NCBI GenBank assembly: GCA_963665295.1
Contig: OY762209.1
Location: 3,776,001-3,840,000 of the forward strand
Origin: Syntrophorhabdaceae bacterium
GTDB lineage: Bacteria > Desulfobacterota > Syntrophorhabdia > Syntrophorhabdales > Syntrophorhabdaceae
DNA length: 64,000 nt
Direction of reading: 5' to 3'
A program made the translations under genes and the position numbers. The notes beneath the pieces are model-generated. The model did not search any database, was not told the DNA's origin, and saw only the letters and a list, made by a program, of their open reading frames with translations. This document shows positions 8,463 to 17,966 of this stretch, piece by piece. Position 1 is the stretch's first letter. Every line of letters starts with the position of its first letter.

Positions 8463-9359
8463 GTGGATTTCATCTATTCAATCATTCCGCCGGGTGTGTT
8501 ATGCCAGATATTCGTGGGCTTAAGCCGTACGGTCATACTCTTTATCGTCTCCTCCGGCTTGAGCCTTATCCTGGGGGTGCTCCGCATCCCCAACGTCTTC
8601 CATGGGTCGCTGTACATGATCGGCGCCTTCATGGCCTTTACCATTACCTCCCTGGTGGGAGGGGATACAGGCTTCTGGCTCGCCCTGATAGGCGCCCCCA
8701 TCGGTGTAGGACTTGTGAGCCTCGCCACTGAACGGGGCCTCTTTCAATATCTCTACGAGAGGGAGCACCTCATGCTCATCCTTTTTACCTTCGCCATCTC
8801 CCTGGTCTTCGGGGACCTCGTGAAGCTCGTCTGGGGGGCGGAGTACAAATCCGTGCCCGTACCCCACGTGTTCCAGGGTTTTGTCCCCCTCTTCGGAGGT
8901 CTTCCCTTCCCCCGGTATAATGTCTTCCTCCTTGTCATGGGACCCATCGTGGCCCTTGCCCTCTGGCTCCTCGTGACGAAGACCAAGATAGGCAAGGTAT
9001 CCCAGGCAGCGGCAGTCGACCGGGAGATGGTGGGCGCCGTGGGCATCAACGTGAGCTGGGTCTTCGCCATGGTCTTCGTCATAGGCTGTCTCCTTGCGGG
9101 CCTGGGTGGTGCGCTCGTTGCCCCTACGGTGAGCGTCACCCTGGGGATGGACCACTCCCTCATCATGGAGGCCTTCCTCATTGTCATCATGGGCGGACTG
9201 GGTAATATGTGGGGGGCCCTCCTAGGCGCCCTCATCTTCGGCTTGACCCAATCCTTAGGAATCCTGGTATGGCCGCAATTCGGTATCGTCTTCCCCTACC
9301 TTGCGGTGATCGTGGTCCTGCTTTTCAGGCCTACCGGACTTCTCAAATCAACGTGGTAA
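8463..9359 (+). CDS. livH: Liv-type ABC permease (LivH-like)
   Basis: GLSLILGV...NVFHG, KTKIG..AAA.DREM..AVGIN, GGLG motifs. Confidence 0.9.
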   Translation: MDFIYSIIPPGVLCQIFVGLSRTVILFIVSSGLSLILGVLRIPNVFHGSLYMIGAFMAFTITSLVGGDTGFWLALIGAPIGVGLVSLATERGLFQYLYEREHLMLILFTFAISLVFGDLVKLVWGAEYKSVPVPHVFQGFVPLFGGLPFPRYNVFLLVMGPIVALALWLLVTKTKIGKVSQAAAVDREMVGAVGINVSWVFAMVFVIGCLLAGLGGALVAPTVSVTLGMDHSLIMEAFLIVIMGGLGNMWGALLGALIFGLTQSLGILVWPQFGIVFPYLAVIVVLLFRPTGLLKSTW

Positions 9360-9371
9360 GGAGTTTACACC

Positions 9372-10286
9372 ATGGCACGTAATCGCATCTTCGCATACGG
9401 GGGAGTGGTCATACTCCTTGCGCTGCCCTTTATCTTCCCCCGGTTCTATGTCTACATCGCCTCCCTCATCCTGCTCTACGGCCTCTTGGCCACGAGCCTC
9501 AACTTCATTCTCGGATTCGGGGGGGTATACCAGTTCCATCACGCGGTCTTCTACGGGGTAGGGGCCTACGGGGCGGCACTGATGCTCACCAAGACGGGCT
9601 TCCCTCCCTGGGTGTGCTTTATCGTGGGACCCCTCGTCTCCGCGGTCTTAAGCTTCATCATGGGCCTTATCTGCATACGCCTCTCGAAGCTCTACTTCGG
9701 GATGCTCCAGATATCCCTGGGCTCCCTCGTGTGGGCCGTCATCTACCGGTGGTATTCCCTGACCGGGGGTGACGACGGCATCCACGGCGTCCCCGTCCCC
9801 GACATCATCTCCTCCGCCAACGGCGCATACTACTTCACCCTGATCATCACCGCCGCCGCCTTCTTCGTCATTTACAAGATACTCAAGTCCCCCTTCGGGA
9901 GCGTGCTCCAGGGGATCAGGGACAACCCCATAAGGTCCGAGATGATCGGGGTCAACGTAAGGAGGCACCAACTGGCGGGCCTCGTGATCGCGGGTTTCTT
10001 CGCAGGCGTTGCAGGTGTTCTTTTCGTGGTGGTCGATACGACCGTGTTCCCTGACATGCTCTTCTGGACCTTCTCCATGGAGATCATGATCATGTGCCTC
10101 CTCGGGGGATGGTTCACCTTCATGGGTCCCCTCCTCGGGGCGGCGCTCATCGTGTTGCTCCGGACCTTCATCAGCACCTACACGGTCTACTGGGCGCTCT
10201 TCCTGGGGATTATCCTCATGATCATCATATTCTTTCTCCCCGACGGGGTGCTCGGATACTGGCATAAAAAGCTAAAAAAGGGGTAA
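9372..10286 (+). CDS. livM: Liv-type ABC permease (LivM-like)
   Basis: LTGGDDG, SPFG..LQGIRDN...GVN motifs; many TM helices. Confidence 0.9.
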   Translation: MARNRIFAYGGVVILLALPFIFPRFYVYIASLILLYGLLATSLNFILGFGGVYQFHHAVFYGVGAYGAALMLTKTGFPPWVCFIVGPLVSAVLSFIMGLICIRLSKLYFGMLQISLGSLVWAVIYRWYSLTGGDDGIHGVPVPDIISSANGAYYFTLIITAAAFFVIYKILKSPFGSVLQGIRDNPIRSEMIGVNVRRHQLAGLVIAGFFAGVAGVLFVVVDTTVFPDMLFWTFSMEIMIMCLLGGWFTFMGPLLGAALIVLLRTFISTYTVYWALFLGIILMIIIFFLPDGVLGYWHKKLKKG

Positions 10287-10289
10287 GGC

Positions 10290-11039
10290 GTGCTACAGGT
10301 AAAATCTCTCACAAAAACATTCGGCGGGTTCAAGGCGGTCAACGGCGCGAACCTTGAAGTGAAAAAGGGTGAGATCGTCGCAGTGATCGGCCCCAACGGA
10401 GCGGGCAAGACGACCCTCTTCAACCTCATCACGGGGATACTGAAGCCCGATTCCGGCACGGTCCTCTTCGAGGGGGAGAACATTACGGGCCTTCCCCCCT
10501 ACAAGGTCTGCAAGAAAGGGATGTCCCGCTCCTTCCAGGTGGTCAACGTCTTCCAGAGAAGGACCGTCTTCGAGAACGTCCAGGTCGCGGTCCTTGCCCG
10601 GGAAAACATGACGTGGAAGCTCTTCACCCCTTCCCATAAGCTCGTAAGGGAGGAGACGGAGGGCATCCTCGAAAGCGTGGGCCTCACCAGAAAAAGGGAC
10701 GCCGTATCGGGCGCCCTCTCTCACGGAGACCGCAAGGTCCTGGAGATCGCCATGGCCCTCGGAGGGAACCCCCGGTTTCTGATCCTCGACGAACCCACCG
10801 CGGGCATGTCCCTTGAGGAGACCCTCCGCTGTATCGACCTCATCAAGCAGCTTTCGGAAAAGATGGGTCTCACCATCCTTTTCTGCGAGCACGATATGGA
10901 ACTTGTCTTCTCCATCTCGAACCGGATCATGGTCATGGTCCGGGGCGCCACCATCATTCAGGGCTCCTGCGAAGAAGTGCGATGCAACCAGGCGGTGCAG
11001 GATGCCTATCTCGGCGGGAGTGACGTATGCTTAATGTAA
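10290..11039 (+). CDS. livG: ABC ATPase (LivG-like)
   Basis: GPNGAGKTT, LSHGD, LDEPTAGM, EHDM, VQDAYLG. Confidence 0.93.
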   Translation: MLQVKSLTKTFGGFKAVNGANLEVKKGEIVAVIGPNGAGKTTLFNLITGILKPDSGTVLFEGENITGLPPYKVCKKGMSRSFQVVNVFQRRTVFENVQVAVLARENMTWKLFTPSHKLVREETEGILESVGLTRKRDAVSGALSHGDRKVLEIAMALGGNPRFLILDEPTAGMSLEETLRCIDLIKQLSEKMGLTILFCEHDMELVFSISNRIMVMVRGATIIQGSCEEVRCNQAVQDAYLGGSDVCLM

Positions 11040-11716
11040 ACAGTATTCACACCTATTACGGTCTAAGCCACATACTCTTCGATGTAAGCCTCAGGGTCTC
11101 CAAAGGAGAGGTAGTGGGGCTCTTAGGGAGGAACGGCGCAGGGAAGAGCACCACCATGAGGAGTATCATGGGCCTCACCCCTCCGAAAGAGGGGACCATC
11201 ACCTTCAAGAACGAGGATATCACCCACCGCAAACCCTTCCTCCTCGTACGGGCGGGCATGGGGTATGTGCCCGATGACCGCAGGGTATTCGCCGACCTCT
11301 CCGTGGACGACAACCTGGAGATCGCCTTCAAAAGGACCGACCAGTGGACCAAGGAACGGGTCTACCAGGTATTCCCCCCTCTCGCCGACATCAAGACCAG
11401 ACGCGCAGGGAACCTCTCCGGAGGGGAGCAGCAGATGCTCACCATAGGCCGGGCCCTCATGAGCAGCCCCGACCTCCTTCTCCTCGATGAGCCTACCGAA
11501 GGGCTCGCTCCCCTTATTGTCCGGGACCTGGAGGAGCAGATCGTAAAGCTCAAAGACGCGGGGATCAGCATCCTCCTCTCCGAGCAGAACGTGAGATCCG
11601 CCTTGAGGATGATCGACAGGGCCTACGTCATCGACGAGGGGATCATCCGCTTCGAGGGGACCGTTGCCGAGCTTGAAGCCAACGAGGATGTGAAGAAGAA
11701 GTACCTTATGGTGTAG
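11027..11716 (+). CDS. livF: ABC ATPase (LivF-like)
   Basis: GRNGAGKST, LSGGEQQML, LDEPTEGLAP, EQN. Confidence 0.93.
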   Translation: MLNVNSIHTYYGLSHILFDVSLRVSKGEVVGLLGRNGAGKSTTMRSIMGLTPPKEGTITFKNEDITHRKPFLLVRAGMGYVPDDRRVFADLSVDDNLEIAFKRTDQWTKERVYQVFPPLADIKTRRAGNLSGGEQQMLTIGRALMSSPDLLLLDEPTEGLAPLIVRDLEEQIVKLKDAGISILLSEQNVRSALRMIDRAYVIDEGIIRFEGTVAELEANEDVKKKYLMV

Positions 11717-11799
11717 AGGAGCAAAAACTACTTGCTTAAGGAAGCCACACCGTAATAAAGTATGGTATGTGGTGAAAACTTTCCCTTAGCGAGGTGCGC

Positions 11800-12783
11800 A
11801 TGCAGTTTGAACAGACTTTCATGAATTTCCTCCTCCAGCACCAAGAGCGGCACAACCGTACCTATCACTTTCTGGTGTTGATGGATGCGGTGGTGAGCGC
11901 GGCAAAGCATATAGAACATTATTATCTGACTGGGGCACTGAAAGGACACCTCGGTCTCACAGGCACCGTGAACGTTCAGGGCGAGAACGTCATGAGAATG
12001 GATCAGATTGCCCATGAAATCGTCATCCATTATCTGAGGACCACGGGACGGGTCATCCATGCGGTGAGTGAAGAATCCGACGAAGTGGTGGTGATGAATG
12101 AAAACGGGGGGCGGTATTTCATTTATTTTGATCCCCTGGACGGTTCCTCCAACGTTGCTCATGGTCTCCCCGTCGGCTTCCTCTTCGGCATATCCAAACG
12201 AAATCTTGAAGGCATAGAAGACCATCATTTAAGGGCAGGGAGGGAATACATCGCTGCAGGGATGTTCGTGATCCCTACGGGGATGTTCACTATCGCCTTC
12301 AGGAACGCGGGGACCTGGAGATTTCACATGGACGAGACCATGAACTACGTGAAACCCATCCGGATGATGCTCCCTGAGCCGACGAAGAACTGGGAACTCT
12401 CCTTCAATTCCGCGAACCGCACTTCCTATTCGGAGAAGGTGCGGGGCTGGATAGATGAAAATGAGAGCAAGTACTCTTTCAGATACCTGGGGGCCCTTGC
12501 GGGAGACTTCCACCGGATACTCTCCAACGGGGGAATGTTCATGTACCCTGCTATCGTGAACCACCCGAATCCCAAGAAGAACAGACCCGAAGGCAAACTG
12601 CGTCTGCTCTATGAAGCCTCTGTCGTGGCGTTCATGTGCAAGGAAGCCGGAGGGACTGCCGTTGATGAGAAAGGCAGACCGATTCTTGATATCGAGCCCA
12701 AGAGCCATCACCAGCGCACGGCCCTTTATGTGGGAGCGAAACCCCTGGTCGAGGATATCGGAGCGATTCTGAAGTCTTCATAG
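11800..12783 (+). CDS. fbp: Class I fructose-1,6-bisphosphatase
   Basis: NVQGE, SEE, FDPLDGSSN, RYLG..AGDFHR, GKLRLLYEA. Confidence 0.93.
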   Translation: MQFEQTFMNFLLQHQERHNRTYHFLVLMDAVVSAAKHIEHYYLTGALKGHLGLTGTVNVQGENVMRMDQIAHEIVIHYLRTTGRVIHAVSEESDEVVVMNENGGRYFIYFDPLDGSSNVAHGLPVGFLFGISKRNLEGIEDHHLRAGREYIAAGMFVIPTGMFTIAFRNAGTWRFHMDETMNYVKPIRMMLPEPTKNWELSFNSANRTSYSEKVRGWIDENESKYSFRYLGALAGDFHRILSNGGMFMYPAIVNHPNPKKNRPEGKLRLLYEASVVAFMCKEAGGTAVDEKGRPILDIEPKSHHQRTALYVGAKPLVEDIGAILKSS

Positions 12784-12968
12784 AATACCAGGGCGGGAGA
12801 TTTAGGGGTTTCTACATCGCCTGCGACGGCCATCGGTAAAGGAAGCGGAAAATACTCGTGGTAGAATTCGGTGAGTCTACGATGAGGCGCTATGGCCCTG
12901 CCGGTCGCCGATGTCCATCAACTCAGGGCGTGAACGTCGAAGAGGCTTTACGTTGCTGTCGCTTTTCC

Positions 12969-12996
12969 TTGACATTGGCGAGGGTATACCTATAAA
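12969..12996 (+). promoter_or_regulatory. sigma70-type promoter
   Basis: TTGACA-N16-TATAAA upstream of SBP gene. Confidence 0.55.
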
Positions 12997-13045
12997 GTTA
13001 TCCTACAAATAAATCGGTCAGTCCATTAACGGAAAGGAGAAAGTA

Positions 13046-13840
13046 ATGAGGAAAATCTGTACGATCATGACTGTTGTACTGGCTTTGGTATTTGCCACAA
13101 CCGTATTTGCCGGGCCCACACTTGACAAGATCATGAAGAAGGGTGAGCTTGTTGTTGGTACCTCGGGTGACTACCCCCCATTCAACGTGAAAGCGAAGAA
13201 CGGAAAGCTTATGGGACTCGACGTCGATCTGGCTATGGCGATAGCGGATGGCCTGGGTGTTAAGGCGAAGCTGGTCCAGATTCCTTTTCCCGAGCTTCTC
13301 GCGAATCTTGAAGCAGGCAAGATCGATATGGTCATCTCAGCCATGACGATAACGCCGAAGCGCAACCTCAAGTTTGCTTTTGTGGGACCCTACTTCTTGT
13401 CCGGACAGGCAGTGCTCACTACCAGAGAAACGGCCATCAAGGCGGTCACCATGAAGGATATCAATAAGGTCGATTTTACCCTTGGAGTGCCCGCGGGGAC
13501 TACAAGTGAGATCGTGGCAAAAAAATACCTGACAAGCGCGAAGCTGACAGTTGCAAGCAACATGGACGAGGCTTTGAAACTCCTTCTCGGAGGAAAAGTA
13601 AAAGCGGTGTTGACCGATAACGCCACAGCGGCTGTGGCGAGCTTCAGATATGGAGATAAAGGAATAATCTCGACAGGGGCCATCACCTTCGAGCCTCTGG
13701 GTATCGCCATACCGGCGGACGATTTTCTCTTCGTAAACTGGCTTGAAAATTTCATCGGAACTCTCAAGGCCGGCGGAGAACTCGACGCGCTGGGCGACAA
13801 GTGGTTTAAAGATCCTTCCTGGGTGAAGGATATTCAGTAA
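13046..13840 (+). CDS. Polar amino-acid ABC substrate-binding protein (family 3), orphan
   Basis: Signal peptide; GTSGDYPPF, GLDVDLA, SAMTITPKR. Confidence 0.9.
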   Translation: MRKICTIMTVVLALVFATTVFAGPTLDKIMKKGELVVGTSGDYPPFNVKAKNGKLMGLDVDLAMAIADGLGVKAKLVQIPFPELLANLEAGKIDMVISAMTITPKRNLKFAFVGPYFLSGQAVLTTRETAIKAVTMKDINKVDFTLGVPAGTTSEIVAKKYLTSAKLTVASNMDEALKLLLGGKVKAVLTDNATAAVASFRYGDKGIISTGAITFEPLGIAIPADDFLFVNWLENFIGTLKAGGELDALGDKWFKDPSWVKDIQ

Positions 13841-13915
13841 GTCTGCGACCAGGGTTGCCCGTAAGCGGCATCGGTATTGTACTTTACGGGCAGCCCTGAT
13901 TTTGTTCCCTGGAAC

Positions 13916-15056
13916 CTAGTGTACTGGCTCACTAATAGCTTTACAATTACCCTTGGCTATGCTATCATAGTGCATGTGGAATCCAGCCAGTACGCTAGAC
14001 ATGACGGAAGAGCAGAGAAAGACATTGGAAACATGGGTCAAAGCAAAGAAGACTCCCCAAAGGGTGGTTCTACGCTCCCGCATCTGCCTGCTCGCGGCAG
14101 AAGGGATGTCCCATAACGCCATAGCGAAGAGGCTCAATACCTCCCGCCCTACGGTGATATTGTGGGTAGGCAGGTTCAAAGAACAAGGTCCCTCGGGCTT
14201 ATCGGAGGACGCACCCCATGGGCCGAGTTCAAGGCGCCTTAACCCGGAGATAGTGCGCACCATCGTGGAAGCCACACTCCATACAACTCCCAAAGATGCT
14301 ACTCAGTGGTCCACCCGCACCATGGCAAAGGAGAAGGGCGTGAGCCATGCCACCGTGCAGCGCATCTGGGATGCCCATGGACTACAGCCCCATCGGGTAG
14401 AAACTTTCAAGCTGTCCAGAGACAAGAAGTTCGTGGAGAAACTGACCGATGTGGTGGGCGTCTATCTCAATCCTCCCGACAAAGCGGTGGTACTCTGTGT
14501 GGATGAGAAAAGCCAGGTGCAGGCCCTGGACCGGACCCAGCCGGGATTACCGATGAAGAAGGGGCGCTGCGGCACGATGACCCACGACTACAAAAGGAAC
14601 GGCACTACCTGTCTTTTTGCCGCCCTCAATGTTCTGGAAGGAAAAGTCATAGGCTCCTGCTATCCCCGCCACAGAAATACCGAATTTCTTAAGTTCCTGC
14701 GTACCATAGACCGTCAGGTGCCAAAGGGCCTCGATGTCCATATGATTCTCGACAACTACGGAACTCATACCCACCCCAATGTGAAAGCATGGCTCGAAAA
14801 ACACCCCCGTTTCGTTCCCCACTTTACACCCACAAGCTCGTCGTGGCTTAACCTGGTGGAGCGCTGGTTCGGGGAGATCACACGAAAGAGAATTCGTCGC
14901 GGCATCTTCAAAAGCGTTCAGGAACTGGTGACCGCCATCGAAGAATATATTCGCTGCAACAACGAAGACCCCAAACCCTTCGTATGGACCAGGAAGGCCG
15001 AGGAGATACTTGAAAAAGTGAATCGCTGTAAAGGCGTTACTGAGACACTACACTAG
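13916..15056 (+). mobile_element. IS630-family insertion sequence, complete
   Basis: Ends CTAGTGTACTGGCTCACTAA and (reverse complement) CTAGTGTAGTGTCTCAGTAA match at 17/20; CTAG/TA target on both sides. Confidence 0.95.
13974..15056 (+). CDS. IS630-family transposase
   Basis: HTH; DDE motifs VDEK, HDYKRNGT, LDNY.TH, SWLNLVERWF; PKPFVW. Confidence 0.96.
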   Translation: MWNPASTLDMTEEQRKTLETWVKAKKTPQRVVLRSRICLLAAEGMSHNAIAKRLNTSRPTVILWVGRFKEQGPSGLSEDAPHGPSSRRLNPEIVRTIVEATLHTTPKDATQWSTRTMAKEKGVSHATVQRIWDAHGLQPHRVETFKLSRDKKFVEKLTDVVGVYLNPPDKAVVLCVDEKSQVQALDRTQPGLPMKKGRCGTMTHDYKRNGTTCLFAALNVLEGKVIGSCYPRHRNTEFLKFLRTIDRQVPKGLDVHMILDNYGTHTHPNVKAWLEKHPRFVPHFTPTSSSWLNLVERWFGEITRKRIRRGIFKSVQELVTAIEEYIRCNNEDPKPFVWTRKAEEILEKVNRCKGVTETLH

Positions 15057-15141
15057 CCGATGACGGGCATCGCCCCCGATCGAATTCATATTCCCACGCT
15101 TTTATCCGGTTTGCGATCTATTACAGGACACGAGGTGAAGC

Positions 15142-15990
15142 ATGACGGACAGAGACTCAGGGGGAAGGTTTGAAATTTCCCTGCCGCCGAAGTTGGCGGA
15201 CAAGCTTGCGGTAACGATTGAGCGGACCGGATGCACGGCGGAGGAGGTGGTGGGGCAGGCCCTCCGGAGGTTCCTCTTCGGACGCCGGGGAGGGAACGCG
15301 GTATACCTTTCTGCACCGATCAATGCGCTCGTGGAAGGTTTCTATGTGGAGAATACCACCATTGCCGAGATTAAGGAGCGTGGCGACTTTGGCCTCGGGA
15401 CTTTCAATTATCTGGATGGTGAGATGGTGCTTCTCGATGGCGTGGTCTACCAGATCAGGTCGGATGGGGAGGTTTACAAGGTTGAAGACGACGAGAAATC
15501 GCCCTTCGCATGTGTGACTTTTTTCACTCCCGACACATTCGATGATATGGAGGGGCCTTTCGGGACCACGGATATCGCCGATATCCTGGACAAGCTGATC
15601 CCGTCGCGCAACATGCTTTATGCCATAAGGATCGACGGGGAGTTCCGTCATGTGAAGACAAGGGCGGCGCCTAAATCGGAAAACTACCTGCCCCTGGTGG
15701 AGGCAACGAAGAACCAGACGGTCTTTGAATTTTTCGACGTGACGGGCTGCCTCGCGGGTTTTTACACGCCCAAGTACATGGAACACCTCAATGCGCCCGG
15801 GTATCACCTCCATTTCCTTACTGCGGATCGTCGTAAAGGGGGCCATCTTATCGGTTGCGATCTGAAGAAGGTTCATGTAGGTATTCAGCACGTCCCCGAA
15901 CTGGAACTGGGCTTGCCGGTCACTTTTGATTTTCTCACCGCGGACCTCACGAGAGATACTTCCAAGGATTTGGACAAAGCCGAGAAGTGA
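15142..15990 (+). CDS. budA: Alpha-acetolactate decarboxylase with N-terminal ribbon-helix-helix-like extension
   Basis: GDFGLGTF..LDGEM, PFA.VTFF, G..AGFYTP, GYHLHF...GGH zinc site. Confidence 0.88.
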   Translation: MTDRDSGGRFEISLPPKLADKLAVTIERTGCTAEEVVGQALRRFLFGRRGGNAVYLSAPINALVEGFYVENTTIAEIKERGDFGLGTFNYLDGEMVLLDGVVYQIRSDGEVYKVEDDEKSPFACVTFFTPDTFDDMEGPFGTTDIADILDKLIPSRNMLYAIRIDGEFRHVKTRAAPKSENYLPLVEATKNQTVFEFFDVTGCLAGFYTPKYMEHLNAPGYHLHFLTADRRKGGHLIGCDLKKVHVGIQHVPELELGLPVTFDFLTADLTRDTSKDLDKAEK

Positions 15991-16080
15991 CGGTCGGGCC
16001 GCGTTGGGCGGGGGAGCTTCGGTACGCGGGAACCTCGGTTACGGTATGCTTCGCATCAGTGAATGACGCGGAAGGAGGTT

Positions 16081-16479
16081 ATGATGACTGATGATTTCGT
16101 GCCCGTGACCAGGGCAGTCATCCGGAAGGACGGCCTGGTCCTTATAGCGAGGAGGAAGAGGGCCTATATGGGTTACCTTTGGGAGTTCCCCGGTGGGGAG
16201 GTCTCGGAGAACGAGACCTTGCAGGAGGGCCTCGTAAGGCTGCTCAGGGAAGACTTCGGGATAGACGGGGAAGTGACCGCCTATCTCTGTTCAAGCGGGC
16301 ATGTGGTAAACTGTCAGTTGTCCATGAAGTCTTATGTATATGAAGTCGCCTGTGTACCGGGTGATTTTGTACTGAAGGACCATCAAGAGGTCAGGTGGGT
16401 GGCCGCCGAGGACCTCGTGAAGTATGACTTCGCCGAACCGGACCATTACGTATCCCTGGTCCTTATGGGTAAGAGATAA
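16081..16479 (+). CDS. Nudix hydrolase, MutT-like (degenerate Nudix box)
   Basis: LIARR, WEFPGG, NET...LVRLLREDFGI; GGAGG RBS. Confidence 0.8.
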   Translation: MMTDDFVPVTRAVIRKDGLVLIARRKRAYMGYLWEFPGGEVSENETLQEGLVRLLREDFGIDGEVTAYLCSSGHVVNCQLSMKSYVYEVACVPGDFVLKDHQEVRWVAAEDLVKYDFAEPDHYVSLVLMGKR

Positions 16480-16491
16480 TCACAGGCCCTT

Positions 16492-17127
16492 TCAGAACGT
16501 ATCCCCGGCGTAGAACGTGAAATTGAGGAGCTGCAATACCGCATGGTCGTCGCTATAGAGGTCTACGATGCTCACGCCCCCGTAATCCTGCCCGAGGCTG
16601 AAAAGACGGGACATTTGCAAACCGAGCAAGGAGCAGAGGATGATCCGCAGCGTGCCCCCATGGGATACTACGCCGATGTTCGACCCCCTGTGTCTGGTTA
16701 TTATCTCCCGCAGACCTCTGGTTGCGCGCTTTTCCGCCTGTGTGAGGGTTTCGCCGAGAGGAGGGGCGTGAACTTCCGGGTTCGCAAGCCATAGTTGAAA
16801 TTCCTCAGGGTATTCCGCATGGATCTCTCTGAACGTCATCCCTTCCCAGGAGCCGAAGCGAAGTTCGTTAAGATCGACGGACGTCCTTATCTCGAGGTTG
16901 TGGGGTCTCGCGATGATGGACCCCGTTTCCATACACCGGGAAAGGGCCGACGTATATATGTGGTCAAAGTGGAACCGGGAGAGAAAAATCCCTGCCTTCT
17001 CGATCCGTGCCCTGCCTTTTTCGGACAGGGGCATGTCCAGACTTCCCTTGAATACCCTCTCTGTTTCCTCGTCCAATGTGTCGCCATGGCGTATAAGGAA
17101 CAGCCGGGTTGATGCGTTTTTCATCAC
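16492..17127 (-). CDS. cobC: Histidine phosphatase, probable alpha-ribazole-phosphate phosphatase
   Basis: LIRHG, E..FG.WEG, VSHGG; last gene of cob run. Confidence 0.85.
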   Translation of the reverse strand: MMKNASTRLFLIRHGDTLDEETERVFKGSLDMPLSEKGRARIEKAGIFLSRFHFDHIYTSALSRCMETGSIIARPHNLEIRTSVDLNELRFGSWEGMTFREIHAEYPEEFQLWLANPEVHAPPLGETLTQAEKRATRGLREIITRHRGSNIGVVSHGGTLRIILCSLLGLQMSRLFSLGQDYGGVSIVDLYSDDHAVLQLLNFTFYAGDTF

Positions 17128-17163
17128 TGACAGACCTCCTGATTTACGTTTAGCCGGCCGGGT

Positions 17164-17961
17164 TCACAGCCAAAGAAAGGCAACGGCCAGGAATAGCATT
17201 TCCGCAATCTCGCTCACCGCGCCAATGGTATCTCCGGTCATGCCTCCGAACCTCCTCCGGCAGAAGACGACCCACGTGAGACCGAATGCGTAGAGAGGAA
17301 CGGCGAGAAGGGGAAAGAGTTTTATTGCCTCCAGCGCCGTGGACCCGGGCAAAAAAGACCACGTGGCGAAAAAGATGAGGATGAGTATGGCCGAGGAAAG
17401 GGCGAACACGCGGAGGCCCGCGTTGGCGATGAATATAGCCCCGAGCCCCTCGTTTCTGGCGGCAGTGCCGTGGAAGACCACCGGCACCATGATCCATTTC
17501 GAAAACACCGGCGCCAGGAAGAGGAGACAGAGGGCGTCCCACGTAAGGCCCTTGAGGAGGATGCCGCTGATAAGGAGATACTTGAGGAGAATTGCCATCA
17601 CAATGGCGACGACACCTATGGCGCCCACCGCGCTGTCCTTCATTACAGCGAGCCTTTTCTCCCGGTCGCGTGCCGCCTCTCCCACGGATTTCACCGAGAC
17701 CGCGTCCGCCGTGTCGGCAAGACCGTCAATGTGAAATCCGCCGTTCGTCATGAGAAGGATCAGGATTACCAACCCGGCCGCAATGTTCGGAGAGAAGGCC
17801 ATACTGAGAAAGAAGGCCGCTGCCGCGGCAGGAGCCCCTTGCAGAACGCCCACGAGAGGAAAGAAGATCGCAGACCGGCCTATGTCGCGTTCTGTGAGAT
17901 GACCCCTTACCCTGACGGGAATGCGGGTAAGGAACTGCGTGGCGATGAGAAACCCTTTCAC
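17164..17961 (-). CDS. cobS: Cobalamin synthase
   Basis: FLTRIP, GFHIDGLADTADA, MKDSAVG, GGMTGDTIGA. Confidence 0.95.
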   Translation of the reverse strand: MKGFLIATQFLTRIPVRVRGHLTERDIGRSAIFFPLVGVLQGAPAAAAAFFLSMAFSPNIAAGLVILILLMTNGGFHIDGLADTADAVSVKSVGEAARDREKRLAVMKDSAVGAIGVVAIVMAILLKYLLISGILLKGLTWDALCLLFLAPVFSKWIMVPVVFHGTAARNEGLGAIFIANAGLRVFALSSAILILIFFATWSFLPGSTALEAIKLFPLLAVPLYAFGLTWVVFCRRRFGGMTGDTIGAVSEIAEMLFLAVAFLWL

Positions 17962-17966
17962 GGTCC

